A stretch of DNA of 64,000 nucleotides, from assembly GCA_951406725.2 (NCBI GenBank), contig OX597821.1, positions 118,110,001 to 118,174,000 on the forward strand. The letters run 5' to 3'. The first letter of the stretch is position 1. The number at the start of each line of letters is the position of its first letter. Source of the stretch: Octopus vulgaris (taxonomy: Eukaryota). Shown here in pieces: positions 23,845 through 37,789 of the stretch. The position numbers were made by a program, and so were the translations under genes. Under the pieces are notes generated by a model. That model saw only the letters and a list, made by a program, of their open reading frames with translations. It was not told the DNA's origin and ran no database searches.

Positions 23845-26800
23845 TATATTAATTAACACACAATCTGATTTAAACTAAATCTGATATTAATTAACACACA
23901 ATCTGATTTAAATTAAATCTGATATTAATTAACATACAATCTGATTTAAATTAAATCTGATATTAATTAACATACAATCTGATTTAAATTAAATCTGATA
24001 TTAATTAACATACAATCTGATTTAAATTAAATCTTATATTAATTAACACACAATCTGATTTAAATTAAATCTGATATTAATTAACACACAATCTGATTTA
24101 AATTAAATCTGATATTAATTAACATACAATCTGATTTAAATTAAATCTGATATTAATTAACACACAATCTGATTTAAATTAAATCTGATATTAATTAACA
24201 CACAATCTGATTTAAATTAAATCTGATATTAATTAACACACAATCTGATTTAAATTAAATCTGATATTAATTAACATACAATCTGATTTAAATTAAATCT
24301 GATATTAATTAACATACAATCTGATTTAAATTAAATCTGATATTAATTAACATACAATCTGATTTAAATTAAATCTGATATTAATTAACACACAATCTGA
24401 TTTAAATTAAATCTGATATTAATTAACACACAATCTGATTTAAATTAAATCTGATATTAATTAACACACAATCTGATTTAAATTAAATCTGATATTAATT
24501 AACATACAATCTGATTTAAATTAAATCTTATATTAATTAACATACAATCTGATTTAAATTAAATCTGATATTAATTAACACACAATCTGATTTAAATTAA
24601 ATCTGATATTAATTAACACACAATCTGATTTAAATTAAATCTGATATTAATTAACATACAATCTGATTTAAATTAAATCTGATATTAATTAACACACAAT
24701 CTGATTTAAATTAAATCTGATATTAATTAACACACAATCTGATTTAAATTAAATCTTATATTAATTAACACACAATCTGATTTAAATTAAATCTGATATT
24801 AATTAACACACAATCTGATTTAAATTAAATCTTATATTAATTAACATACAATCTGATTTAAATTAAATCTGATATTAATTAACATACAATCTGATTTAAA
24901 TTAAATCTGATATTAATTAACACACAATCTGATTTAAATTAAATCTTATATTAATTAACACACAATCTGATTTAAATTAAATCTGATATTAATTAACACA
25001 CAATCTGATTTAAATTAAATCTTATATTAATTAACACACAATCTGATTTAAATTAAATCTGATATTAATTAACATACAATCTGATTTAAATTAAATCTGA
25101 TATTAATTAACACACAATCTGATTTAAATTAAATCTTATATTAATTAACACACAATCTGATTTAAATTAAATCTGATATTAATTAACACACAATCTGATT
25201 TAAATTAAATCTGATATTAATTAACACACAATCTGATTTAAATTAAATCTTATATTAATTAACACACAATCTGATTTAAATTAAATCTTATATTAATTAA
25301 CACACAATCTGATTTAAATTAAATCTGATATTAATTAACATACAATCTGATTTAAATTAAATCTTATATTAATTAACACACAATCTGATTTAAATTAAAT
25401 CTTATATTAATTAACACACAATCTGATTTAAATTAAATCTGATATTAATTAACACACAATCTGATTTAAATTAAATCTGATATTAATTAACATACAATCT
25501 GATTTAAATTAAATCTGATATTAATTAACATACAATCTGATTTAAATTAAATCTGATATTAATTAACATACAATCTGATTTAAATTAAATCTGATATTAA
25601 TTAACATACAATCTGATTTAAATTAAATCTGATATTAATTAACATACAATCTGATTTAAATTAAATCTGATATTAATTAACATACAATCTGATTTAAATT
25701 AAATCTGATATTAATTAACATACAATCTGATTTAAATTAAATCTGATATTAATTAACATACAATCTGATTTAAATTAAATCTGATATTAATTAACATACA
25801 ATCTGATTTAAATTAAATCTGATATTAATTAACATACAATCTGATTTAAATTAAATCTGATATTAATTAACATACAATCTGATTTAAATTAAATCTGATA
25901 TTAATTAACATACAATCTGATTTAAATTAAATCTGATATTAATTAACATACAATTTGATTTAAATTAAATCTGATATTAATTAACATACAATCTGATTTA
26001 AATTAAATCTGATATTAATTAACATACAATCTGATTTAAATTAAATCTGATATTAATTAACATACAATCTGATTTAAATTAAATCTGATATTAATTAACA
26101 TACAATCTGATTTAAATTAAATCTGATATTGATTAACACACAATCTGATTTAAATTAAATCTGATATTAATTAACATACAATCTGATTTAAATTAAATCT
26201 GATATTAATTAACACACAATCTGATTTAAATTAAATCTGATATTAATTAACATACAATCTGATTTAAATTAAATCTGATATTAATTAACACACAATCTGA
26301 TTTAAATTAAATCTGATATTAATTAACATACAATCTGATTTAAATTAAATCTGATATTAATTAACACACAATCTGATTTAAATTAAATCTGATATTAATT
26401 AACATACAATCTGATTTAAATTAAATCTGATATTAATTAACACACAATCTGATTTAAATTAAATCTGATATTAATTAACATACAATCTGATTTAAATTAA
26501 ATCTGATATTAATTAACACACAATCTGATTTAAATTAAATCTGATATTAATTAACATACAATCTGATTTAAATTAAATCTGATATTAATTAACACACAAT
26601 CTGATTTAAATTAAATCTGATATTAATTAGCACACAATCTGATTTAAATTAAATCTGATATTAATTAACATACAATCTGATTTAAATTAAATCTGATATT
26701 AATTAACACACAATCTGATTTAAATTAAATCTGATATTAATTACCACACAATCTGATTTAAATTAAATCTGATATTAATTAGCACACAATCTGATTTAAA

Positions 26801-26935
26801 TTAAATCTGATATTAATTAACATACAATCTGATTTAAATTAAATCTGATATTAATTACCACACAATCTGATTTAAATTAAATCTGATATTAATTAACACA
26901 CAATCTGATTTAAATTAAATCTGATATTAATTAAC
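23845..26935. repeat. 38-bp AT-rich satellite, about 81 copies
   Basis: Unit CTGATATTAATTAACAYACAATCTGATTTAAATTAAAT. Ends about 65 bp before exon D. Confidence 0.98.
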
Positions 26936-26999
26936 TATTAAATTTCCTGATATTAATTAATCTGATTTACTGATTGCTTATTATTTCATCTTTTTTCAG

Positions 27000-27098
27000 T
27001 TCCATCATCTTTTTATGTGTTAGTAGTGAGTGATGGAATTCGTGGATTTTCTTTTGATAATGAAAACCAATATGATGCTATGGTGCCAGTTGGTGGAG
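27000..27098 (+). CDS. LRP2: LRP2-like exon D (start of propeller)
   Basis: ttttttcag| ... |gttgta. PSSFYVLVVSDGIRGFSFDNENQYDAMVPVGG resembles the megalin IRGFSL...MVPVAG segment as I recall it. Phase 1 to 1. Absent from the ORF track. Confidence 0.88.
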
Positions 27099-28683
27099 GT
27101 TGTAAAACTTATTTTGTTTCTTTAAAATTCTTTCACCATTTTCCATTTCTTTTTCCATTTTTCTATTCAATGATCTTTGGTAGTTAAAGAAGCAAAAGAC
27201 AAGATAGTGGCATATCATCAGATGTATGACATTACCAGTGATTTGTCTGTTATCTTTAAAAAAAGTCAATACTTTATACTGTGCCTACAAGCCAAGATTA
27301 GTTCTGTTCTTCTTTTCATTATCAATGTAAAGCAGTTTAAGGCATGGTATATTCCAATATAAGTAGTACTATTTTCTACCATTACTAAGTACAGTGGTTC
27401 TGTTTAAGATAAACATGTAATATCAATAATATCATTCCAGTTTAATTCATGTAACTTAGATAATCAGTATTGCATAGATAGATCATGATCAGGTCACCAC
27501 AACTGAAAAAAAAATAACATCAATAATTTGCTTTACATCAGCACAACAGAGAATTATATTAAGAGCAGACTATTTAAACACAAGCTTTTCAAACAACATC
27601 ACATAAAAGATACTATATCTTCCTCAAAGCACATCTGATAAAAACGATTGATTGACATAGTCTGTGTAATGTCAATAGACTTATCTTACACAGTGCATTT
27701 TATGTTTGACAGAAAAATATCATATCATAAATTATCCTGCCCCAATAATGAATAGAAGAAAGTAAAACTCATTTAGATATTGTATAAAATGTTTGTTAAA
27801 TGCTTTTTTGTGATTACAGACGAAGTATTTATGACATCCCATATTACATAACACACTACCTTCCCACCTTGCATTTTGCTTGTCCAAGAACTACAAAATT
27901 CACTGAAGATTACTATGCCCAAGCGCTTGAATTCTACCATGTGACCATGATACAAATAAAGTCACTACATACAGAGTAGTTATATACACATATAGTTTAT
28001 ATACACACAAATATGAATTCCAATGAGTGGAATACAAATTTGCAAAAATCTGAAAATTCCAGCTAAAGTGTGATTGAAGGACAGTTCAATAAAATTGAAT
28101 ATTGTAAAAGTAAACTCCTACAGATTAATTCTTACTGATTGAATCAGTTTTCTTTCCAACCATGTCATTGACTCTCTGAGGGAAAATCACAGAAGTTGCA
28201 ATGTTTCATTTCCTCCACATGTAAATAATCCACCCAGAATATTCTATATTAACTCATATAACTTGTAGCATGCCACCATCATCATCATTTAACGTCTGTT
28301 TTCCTGGGGTCTGGTAAGCCATGGAGGTTGCACCAGGCTCTAGTCTGATTTGGCAGTGTTTCTACAACTGGGTGCCCTTCCTAAAGCCAACCACTCCGTG
28401 AGTGTAGCGGGTGTATTTTTACGTGCCACCGGCACAGGGGCCAGGGGGGGCTGGCATACGACCATGATCAGTTGGTGCTTTTACGTGTCACTGACACGGA
28501 TGCCAGTCAGGTGGCGCTGGCATCTGCCACGTTCGGACAGTGCTTTTTATGTGTCACTGGCACGAGTGTCTTAACTACAATTTCCATTTGATTTTTATTT
28601 TGATGTTGACGTACTTGACTCAATAGGTCTCCTCAAGAACAGCCATATATATTTATGAATCATTCTGTCTTTTGCAACTATAG

Positions 28684-28863
28684 TTCAATATGTAAGCTAC
28701 GTTGATGTCCATGTGGAGCAAAAATACATTTACTATGTCGCACGATTTGGCAGATATAGAGAGGTTTGTAGAATCCGACAGAATGGCACTGGTTTTCAGC
28801 ATTTGCTCCAATCAGACGGTGGACGTCTTTTTGCCAGAGGCATTGCAGTCGATTGGATTGCAG
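28684..28863 (+). CDS. LRP2: LRP2-like exon E
   Basis: tag| ... |gtaagt. QYVSYVDVHVEQKYIYYVARFGRYREVCRIRQNGTG...ARGIAVDWIA. Phase 1 to 1. Confidence 0.92.
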
Positions 28864-29697
28864 GTAAGTGTCACTCTGTAATCTTTTGTCTCTTGTGGCA
28901 ATATATTTGTTTTAAAGCCATTGATTTCATTACATGTTTTATGCCCATCTTGGCTATTGGTCGGTTTCTGCATTTGGGATGAGAAAAATTCCATGTTGGA
29001 ACTGTAAACTCCAATGTCCAATGTCAAATTTACATCAAGTAGTTTGGCAATTATGGTGAAGATTCTATAACTAAGATCAAACCATGTTTGGAGCTGTCTA
29101 CTATTCTTTCCAAAAGGATAAAAAAAACATTGGTTATTAAGCTAATATCATTTTTTGAAGAGCCATGCTTATTTCTAATTAACTCACACCATTAAATATG
29201 TTAACCTTTTGCCTGTTCATAGCATTTTCCTAAATTTATCCAAAACGTTGACGCTTGTTTTCAGACTTTTAGTGAGCCTTTATTTCATATGTTCTCAGTC
29301 ATATAAAACTTTCTTTCAGAAATTCCAAGTTACAAATATATCTTGTGTATCACACATGACTAACTTAATTGATAGTTTTTCATGCAGATGATGTCCCTGA
29401 ATAATACAAAATTAAGGACATGGGTTCACACGAGGACCTTGTGCACTTTGTAGAAACATTAAAACTTTCTACTTTGCTTTGGCCTCTGGCATATATTATT
29501 CTTTCATTCTTTCACTTGTTCCAGTCACTGAATTAGCTGGATTAGTCATGCTGGATTAGCCGATTATCCTTATTTTGAAATCTGCTATTTATTCTATCAG
29601 CCTATTATAAAATTTCCACCAAGGTATGTGGTAAATAAATGAACCAACACTGTTTATGAAGCGGGGAGAGATAAACCTAAACACACACACACACACG

Positions 29698-29728
<31 letters not shown>

Positions 29729-29751
29729 ACACACACACACACACCACGCAC

Positions 29752-30684
29752 ACATTCATAAATGACTTGCCCGACGACCTCACGCAACACACCCTTCTAT
29801 TTGCCGACGATATCAAACTGGTTGCTCCTCGCGGCAATATAGAGGATCTTCGTCGATGCCTCCACCAAATTTGGAAGTGGTCTAACGATTGAGACCTGTG
29901 TCTGAATGTGTCAAAGTGCTGTCATCTGCCTGTCGGCTCTACTCCTGCAACTCAACTTGATTTCGAGCCGGGTCGTCTGCTGCTGGAGAGGACCGATCAG
30001 GTAAAGGACCTAGGTATCTTGGTGGATTCCTCCTTTTCGCCTTCGGCCCAGTGCGTCCATGCTGCCAACAAAGCACGCGGAATTCTGTTCTTGATTCGAC
30101 GGTCATTCGGAATGCTCACAGCAGCCATATTCCTACCACTCTATGTCACGCTGGTGAGACCCATATTGGAGTATGGGATTCAAGCCTCTTCTCCTTATCT
30201 CCTCAAAGACATACAGCATCTCGAAAGAGTCCAGAAGCTGGCTACCCGCATGGTTCATGGTCTCAAAAATTTGTCCTACGAAGAAAGGCTGAGGACGCTC
30301 GACCTTTATTCTCTTGAAAAACGCCGCCGCCGTGGTGATCTCATTCTCGCCCACAACATCATAAGCAGAAAGTGTAACCTCTTGAAAGAGCTGTTCTTCA
30401 CTCCTGCTCCAGAGCGTCGGCTGCGGGGTCATTCCGAAAAGCTCTACCTGCGACGATTTCATCTCAATCGAAGGAGAGGAGCTTTCTCCGTCCGGGTTGC
30501 GGATCCGTGGAACAAGCTGCCAGATGAGATGGTGAAGATGCCGATGACCGCTTTGTTCAAAGCCTCCCTTGACCTCAAGTGGTCTGAACTCTTTACATGA
30601 ACACCACCCTGTACTTAACTCCATGTCCCCCTACATGGCCTTGCTATTTGCTTTTGAGCCAAATTAACTAACTAACTAACTAAC
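29752..30684 (+). mobile_element. 5'-truncated CR1-clade LINE inserted in (CA)n
   Basis: FINDLPD..LLFADDIKL, one in-frame TGA, KDLGILVD, LERVQKLATRMV, RRRRGDLI, RLRGHSEKL. (TAAC)n tail. Confidence 0.9.
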
Positions 30685-31359
30685 ACACATTCAGAGACAA
30701 AAGGGCCTCACTCAAGATCACTTATTATGGAGGGAAAGCAGTGCTCAATTAAAGGAAGGAATTCAAATAAAACCCTCACAAGCGTTAATAGTTGAGGAGA
30801 GTTGTTAGTAAGGGTCTTGACATGAATTAGCCCAAGTATATTAGGGTACACAGCCAAAATGAACATGTAATGAGTGGGGGCATATCTTTCTAAACAGACA
30901 AAACCCCTTCAATTGGAACAGGGGGGGTAGTATTAAAGGGGGTGGCTTCGAACCAGGTGATGAGAGGTTGAAAGCATTGACAGATACAGAGAGATGACTT
31001 GATAGTCATCAAAAAAAAAACGAGAGAGAAACAGGAAAGTCATTAACTGTGCATTATATGGCAGCTTGCAGGGAGTCTGGCAAAGAATGTGTAGGAGGAG
31101 GTGGAAGGAAATACTATAGGAAGGATTACCAAAACAATATTGAACATTTCCTGCAAGAGGCACTCATTGTTGCTCCCTCTGTGCTGAAGACTATGAGAGT
31201 CCTAACAGGACTAAAAAAGCCACATTTGTGCCACCCCCATGTTCAAAATAACAATTCAAGTGATGGCTTGTAACCATCATATATGTGTGTGTTTGGGTTT
31301 GTGTGTGTATACACACATATGTGTGTATATATATATATATATTTACAATACACATATGT

Positions 31360-31401
<42 letters not shown>

Positions 31402-31406
<5 letters not shown>

Positions 31407-31587
31407 TGCAACGTGGAAGGTGTTTATAAGCCATTTAAGAGATGCAGCACAGAATTTTGTCAGTGAACAGGTCGTGGTCTCAAAGCGACGAAAATATTTT
31501 GACAAATTAAATTTAAATGTTGAAGTGAATCTAACGGTTTTGTGTGTTTCTTAAATGGCTTATAAGCGCCTTCCATGCTGCAATTGT
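31402..31587. mobile_element. Small fold-back element with about 50-bp inverted arms, beside (TA)n
   Basis: ACAATTGCAACGTGGAAGGTGTTTATAAGCCATTTAAGA pairs with TCTTAAATGGCTTATAAGCGCCTTCCATGCTGCAATTGT. Confidence 0.75.
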
Positions 31588-31642
31588 TTTCGTTCCAGCA
31601 CACAATCTCAGATCAAGTCACTTGCTATGCAAGTACATCTCC

Positions 31643-31690
<48 letters not shown>

Positions 31691-32269
31691 TGGTTCAGGT
31701 GTGGCTGTGTAGCAAGAAGCTTGCTTCCCAATCACATGGTTCTGGGTTCAGTCCTACTGTGTAGCAAATTGGGCAAGTGTCTTCTTTTATAGCCCTTGGC
31801 CGACCAAAGACTTGCAAGTGGATTTGCTAGACAGAAACTGAAAGAAGTCTGTCGTATATATGTGCATATATATCTTTGTGTGTTTGTCTTTGTATCCGTG
31901 TTTGCACCCCACCACCACCACTTGTCAACCAGTATTGGTGTGTTTACATCCCTATAACTTAGTGGTCAGCAGAGAGATTGATAAAATAAGTACTAGGCAT
32001 AACAAAAAATAAGAACTGGAATTGATTCATTCGACTAAAATTTCTTCAAGGTGGTGCCCCAGCATGGCCGCAGTCCAATGACTGAAACAAGTGCAAGGTA
32101 AAAGAAAGATAACATATATATATACGTACATCCATACATACATACATGCATCCATCCATCCATCCATCCATCCATCCATCCATCCATCCATCCATCCATC
32201 CATCCATACATACATACATACATACATACATACATACATACATACATACATGCATGAATACATACATAC

Positions 32270-32790
32270 AATATGTAACGCACTGTCTAAATACCAATTT
32301 TGAGAAATTAGGCGTCTCAAAACCAGAAAGGAGAAAGCTGATTCAAAGTCTACAGATCCAATCCATCACTGGAACTGTAAAATCTGTAAAATTTTCCAGA
32401 AGTTTATCATATAAATATATGCGAGCATGTCTAGAAATGCAACTAAATGTGAGAGAATACATACATAAAGCAAAACATACAAATCTGTACACATACATAC
32501 ATACAAACAGAAATACTCTGTTGTTGATGTTGAAATTCCAATGAAGGAGCCTTGAATATCGATTAGGAGCTGGCTCTTTTTGCATTGGCAAGAAATCTTG
32601 AAATAAAACTGAACAATGGCATACATACATACATATATATGAGCATGTCTAGATATGCAACTATATGCATGAGAATACATACATACCTAGCTACAAAAAT
32701 ACCTGTTGTTGATGTTGAAATTCCAATGAAGGAACACTGGATCTAGGTTAGATCTATTGGCAAGAAATCTTGAAATAAAACTGAACTATG
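32270..32790 (+). mobile_element. REL-type LINE 3' end with a duplicated 3' UTR, in (CATA)n
   Basis: [36 protein letters not shown]. The UTR segment is repeated at about 32420-32630 and 32640-32790. Confidence 0.6.
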
Positions 32791-33169
32791 ACATACATAC
32801 ATACATACATACATACATACATACATACATACATACATACATAAAAAACTCAGGTGTGATTTGAGTGATGTATATTTAGCATTGTCATAAGGTCTAGTTA
32901 CCATATCACTCACCGTTGGAATACATTTGATCCGAGAACCTGTGAATCAAGGATGATCTAGGTCAGAGGTTTCCAACCATGTATTGTCTATGGACCCCTT
33001 TGATTTGCATTTTATTCTGCTGGATCCCGTAGCCATTTGATGTTTTAAAAAAATCCTGTTCTATTTTTATAATTAAATATTTTTAGGAATTGTTTAAAAA
33101 CTGTTTTTTCAAAAATATTTTGTGTATTTTAGAAATATGACCAGTTTATTGTACATAAACTTTAACAAT

Positions 33170-33511
33170 AGGCTCAAAAGAGTCACATCGACTCAAACAG
33201 GTCACATCGACTCAAAAGGGTTACATGGACTCAAAAGGGTTACATGGATTCAAAAGGGTTACATGGATTCAAAAGATTAACATGAACTTAAAAGGGTCGC
33301 ATAGACTCAAAAGAGTGCCATGGACTCAAAAAGGTCACATAGATTCAAAAGAGTCACATGGACTCAAAAGGGTTACATGGACTCAAAAGAGTCACATGGA
33401 CTCAAACAGTTACATAGACTCAAAAAGGTCATATGGATTCAAAAGAGTTACTTGGACTTAAAAAAGTCTTATGAACTCAAAAGAGTCGTATGGACTCAAA
33501 AGAGTCACATG
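33170..33511. repeat. Degenerate 20-bp tandem repeat (about 17 copies)
   Basis: Consensus TGGACTCAAAAGRGTYACA(T). Confidence 0.9.
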
Positions 33512-33819
33512 CACCCTAGCTGGGAACTACTGATTTCAGATTCAACAACAACAATGACTCCAAAACTATTCTAAATCACAAGTTTATCCAAATTCTTTTG
33601 TTTAGTCTTTGCCTAATTTCGAATTAATATTTCCCTGATCTGTTTACGGAATTGTCTGAACTCAAGCCTCTTTCAGTTCTTTTTACTTTGCTCATGGACT
33701 TCTCTGAAGAAAGTTACAAGAACACTTTACTCTTTTATTAATTTCTGATTTTGGATAGAATATTAGAAATCATAAATCCATTGATTAATTCATCTGTATT
33801 TATTTCATTTTTATTGCAG

Positions 33820-33955
33820 GCAATTTTTACTATATTAATAGTCTGGTGACTGATAGCTTTATAGAAGTGTCCCGCCTGAATGGCACATACCGGAAGGTGA
33901 TTTTGGAAGATAGATCTCTTAGCCTGCAAGGCTTAACTGTTAATCCAATCAAAAG
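33820..33955 (+). CDS. LRP2: LRP2-like exon F
   Basis: cag| ... |gtagaa. NFYYINSLVTDSFIEVSRLNGTYRKVILEDRSLSLQGLTVNPIK. Phase 1 to 2. Confidence 0.92.
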
Positions 33956-36900
33956 GTAGAAACAAACTTAATCTTCTTAATCTCCTTCATATCAACACAC
34001 ACTTTTAAATTGTTAATTGTTAATTGTAATTTTAAATTGTTTTGCATTGTTGCTTTTTGTTACACTAGACTGGAAATTAGCAATCTTGCTTGTGTCATTT
34101 ACATCCATTCCTTCTCCTTCTCGGGCCGTGCCCGGCTCATAAGGGCTGGTTTCCTGGTTTCCTTGGCATATAGGTTCCTCACCTGGATGGGACGCTGGTC
34201 CATCGCAGGTGAGCTGCAAGATGCAGGAGGAAAGAGTGAGATGAAGTTGTGGCAAAAGAGTCAGCAGAAGTTTCGCCATTACCTTCTCCCAGAGCCACGT
34301 GGAGCTTAGTTGTTTCACTCATAAACACACACATCGCCCAGTCTGAGATTTGAACCTGCGATCCCTGACCGTGAGTCCACTGCTTTAACCACTAGGCCAT
34401 GTGCCTCCACATTTATATCCTTTACATGATATCTTTTCAAGACTCCACTCAAGGGCTCAGCACTGCCTTCATCCTCTCTGCTCCATTTCATCTTCTGACC
34501 CTCACCACTTCTCTGTCATCCGAGAGATGTAGAAGCACATACTACATACCCCCAGCTCCCTCCCCCCGCCACCTTGATAATGCCATTTTGCATTATCTTC
34601 TCTTGCCTCCTGTCCCCACCAATCACCTCCTTTCTCTGTCTTCTCTCTCCCTCTGTTATTCTCCATCATTAACATCTCACTCATCTGCTAGCACCCTCAA
34701 TGCCCTGCTTCCTCCACCCACTCACTCTTACATTTCCCTCCATCACTTGCTACAGACACATCTATCCCAGTGCCCACTCACCCACTCCAAGCCCCTAAAT
34801 AACCTCACTTATTACCACCACCACCCACTGTCCCTCGGGGGCATCTCCACCACCATCTCTCTCTCTCACTCTCTCTCTCTCACTCTCACTATCTCACTCT
34901 CTAACTCACTCTCTTTTTCTTTCTTTTCTTTTCCTGCTGGGGTATCCATGTGTCTCCCCTACGGCAACACACCTATCTCTGTCTCTCCATACTTCCAACC
35001 CCTCATCACCTGGCTCAAAGCCACTTTCTTCAATACTCCTCTCTCTCCCAGCAGAGGGAGGTTTGTTTGTCTTGCAGGAGACCCTGTCAGTGAACCCAGT
35101 ACACTCTGTATAGTGGTTGGCATGAGGAAGGGCGTCCAGCTGTAGAAAGCATGGCAAAGCGGACAATGGAACCTGACACAGCTCTTGGCTTTGCTTAGCT
35201 CCGGTCAAACCATTCCAACCCAGACCAGCATGGAAAGCAATGGTTCAATAATGATGATGATGATGATGATGGCGATGGGGATGCATACATACATACATAC
35301 ATACATACATACATACATACATTAGACTTCCTTCAGTTCCTTTCCACCAAATTCACTTAAGAAGGCCTTGATTTGTTGGGGCTACACTAGAAAACGCTTG
35401 TCCAAGTTACTCTGCAGTGGGATGGAATCCTGAAGTCAGGACCACCTGGATGGGAAGCAAGCTTATTAATCACATAGCCACATCTGTGCCTATGATGGAG
35501 GATATTGATTTTGGATCAAAGGTGATGCAGTTCTTCAAAGCAACACATGTGTCCCTTCGTCCCTAAACTAATCTCAGGTCACTCATTCATTCCCAGCCAA
35601 TGCAACCCTTTAACAAATTTGGAGAGTTGCACATTAGCTCATATTTACATTCTCAGAAGAAATGGAAATGTATTAATTTCACATAATCTCATTTTTCCAT
35701 AACACTAATGTTTTCATCTAACACACCTTGATAAACAATTCTGATATATCCATTATGCTCCAGATGTCTTGGTTTATCTGTTTTTGTGTTTTTATTTCTG
35801 TCCGACACTCCATTTATTATAAATCTGAAAAGAGGTCATACTTATTCACATTTCAAAACTGATAAACCAAAGTTGTAGTGGAAGAATATAAACTACCAAA
35901 AAAACATAAAACACTATGATAAAGATGAATTGCTGATAGAGACATTGTGTTTTGTTATGCCACCATTGTATTAGTACCAAGCATATTAAAGGCTTCATAA
36001 GTCAATACTGTGTCCTATCTGTGTTAGCAGTGCAATTCAATAGCTTTTTAAGATTATCGTCATTTTCAGTGCTGGCTTCCATTTCTATAGAAAATCTGTA
36101 GACATAACTTTAAAAAGTGATATGATAAAATTTTTTTTATGTTAATTCCTGTAACATTGGAAAGGACTAAAATAAATGGGGGGAAAAATGAATTTATTGG
36201 ACAAACTAGCATGTGGGAAGTGAAATGAAAACGTGTGTGCACTACTTGAATTCGTTAGAGTGTAGTAAAAGTCTACTCAGCCAATAATGAAGCTGTATGT
36301 GAAGCTTCAAGTAGGGAGGATCTTATTTTAACTCTTTCGTAGTTGCTGCAGTCTTTTGCTAAATAAATATTGTTTTATGAAAGAGAGAGCCAAAGCTTGA
36401 GTGGTAAAGTGCTGGCACTGAAGCCCAAATAGCAAATTTTGATAGACAAAACTCTTAACTCTACTTACCAAACTGGACAGTCTCAGGAAATGCATAATGA
36501 TTTCAGAAATAGTAAAGCCATACATTGTATTTAATCTGATCCAGCAAACAATATAACTACAAATGTCATATTTAACCCAAAGACATTGAGCTGACAGAAT
36601 GATCAGCATGCCAAGCAAAACGCTTGGCAGCATTTCGTCCATCTTTGCATTCTGCATTCTAATTTTGCCAAGGTCAACTTTGCCTTTCATCCTTTCAGAT
36701 CTGATCAAATAAATACCAGTTGCATACTGGGATCAATGTAATTGACTTACCCACTCTCCCTGAAATTGCTGGCCTTGTACCAAAATTTGGACCCAATATC
36801 ATATTTAATTCTGAAAATTACAGCTGTTAGACTTGTCCACTAATGAGCCATTTGGTTCATAGCTTATGTCCCTACATGTACTCTATATCCATACACGTAC

Positions 36901-37617
36901 TCTATATCCCTACATGTACTCTATATCCTTACATGTACTCTATTTTACCTAGAAGTCAAGTACACATCGTTGTAAGTACTCTAATTTATTGAGTGACCAA
37001 AACATTAAGGAACAGAAAATCCAGGAAGTTGTGTAGCTAAGACCTTTGTCATCAAAGCTTTGGGAAATGGAAAGGAAATGTTTTGGCATCACCATTTCAC
37101 AACTGCCTATTTGGCACCATTAATTCAACTCTGATTTCACATCAGACGTTTAGTGTTTCTCTTCTTCTCTGCCCACTCCTCTCTCTCTGTTGATGTGTGT
37201 GAAAACTGTTATGTCTTTATGTGTGTAGTCTCTCTCTCTCTCTCACTCTCACTCTCTCTCTCTTTCGTTATCTCTTTCTATGTGTATATTTCTGTTTGTG
37301 CCTCCTGTGCTTTCTGTCCCCAAAATGAGATGAATGCTTAGTCAGCTAAACTCAATTGTCAGCATCCCATCCAGCCATGCCATATCATCTGATTCCATTG
37401 GAAAATAATATTCTGAAACTTAGTTGATTCTCCATTGAACAATACCATTGTTTCACGAGTTAGATTTCTAAAATCATTTGGGCTGATCTCCAGTTAATGA
37501 ATACATTTATCAGGAATGTTCCGGTAAGTTACCTTGTATACCACATCTTAGAAACACAGACCAAAAAGTTAGTGGTTTGCTTTGATCAAAACCAATATTT
37601 GCCAATATGTTTCTTAG

Positions 37618-37789
37618 GTACCTCTACTGGACAATTCGAGGAACCAATGCCAGACTAGAACGTTCACTGCTGGATGGTACCAATCGAACCGTGCTAGTCT
37701 CAAATGCCATTAATCGTCCGTTAGACATCACAGTTGACATAAAAACACACGATGTTTACTGGGTTGATGACGTTATAGATGCTATACAG
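37618..37789 (+). CDS. LRP2: LRP2-like exon G
   Basis: tag| ... |gtaatt. YLYWTIRGTNARLERSLLDGTNRTVLVSNAINRPLDITVDIKTHDVYWVDDVIDAIQ. Phase 2 to 0. Confidence 0.93.

Noticed and set aside
37611-37625. Recursive splice sites at exons G, I and M (AG|GT)
   Set aside because: The following bases (GTACCT, GTCCTT, GTACAT) are poor donors, unlike exon P.
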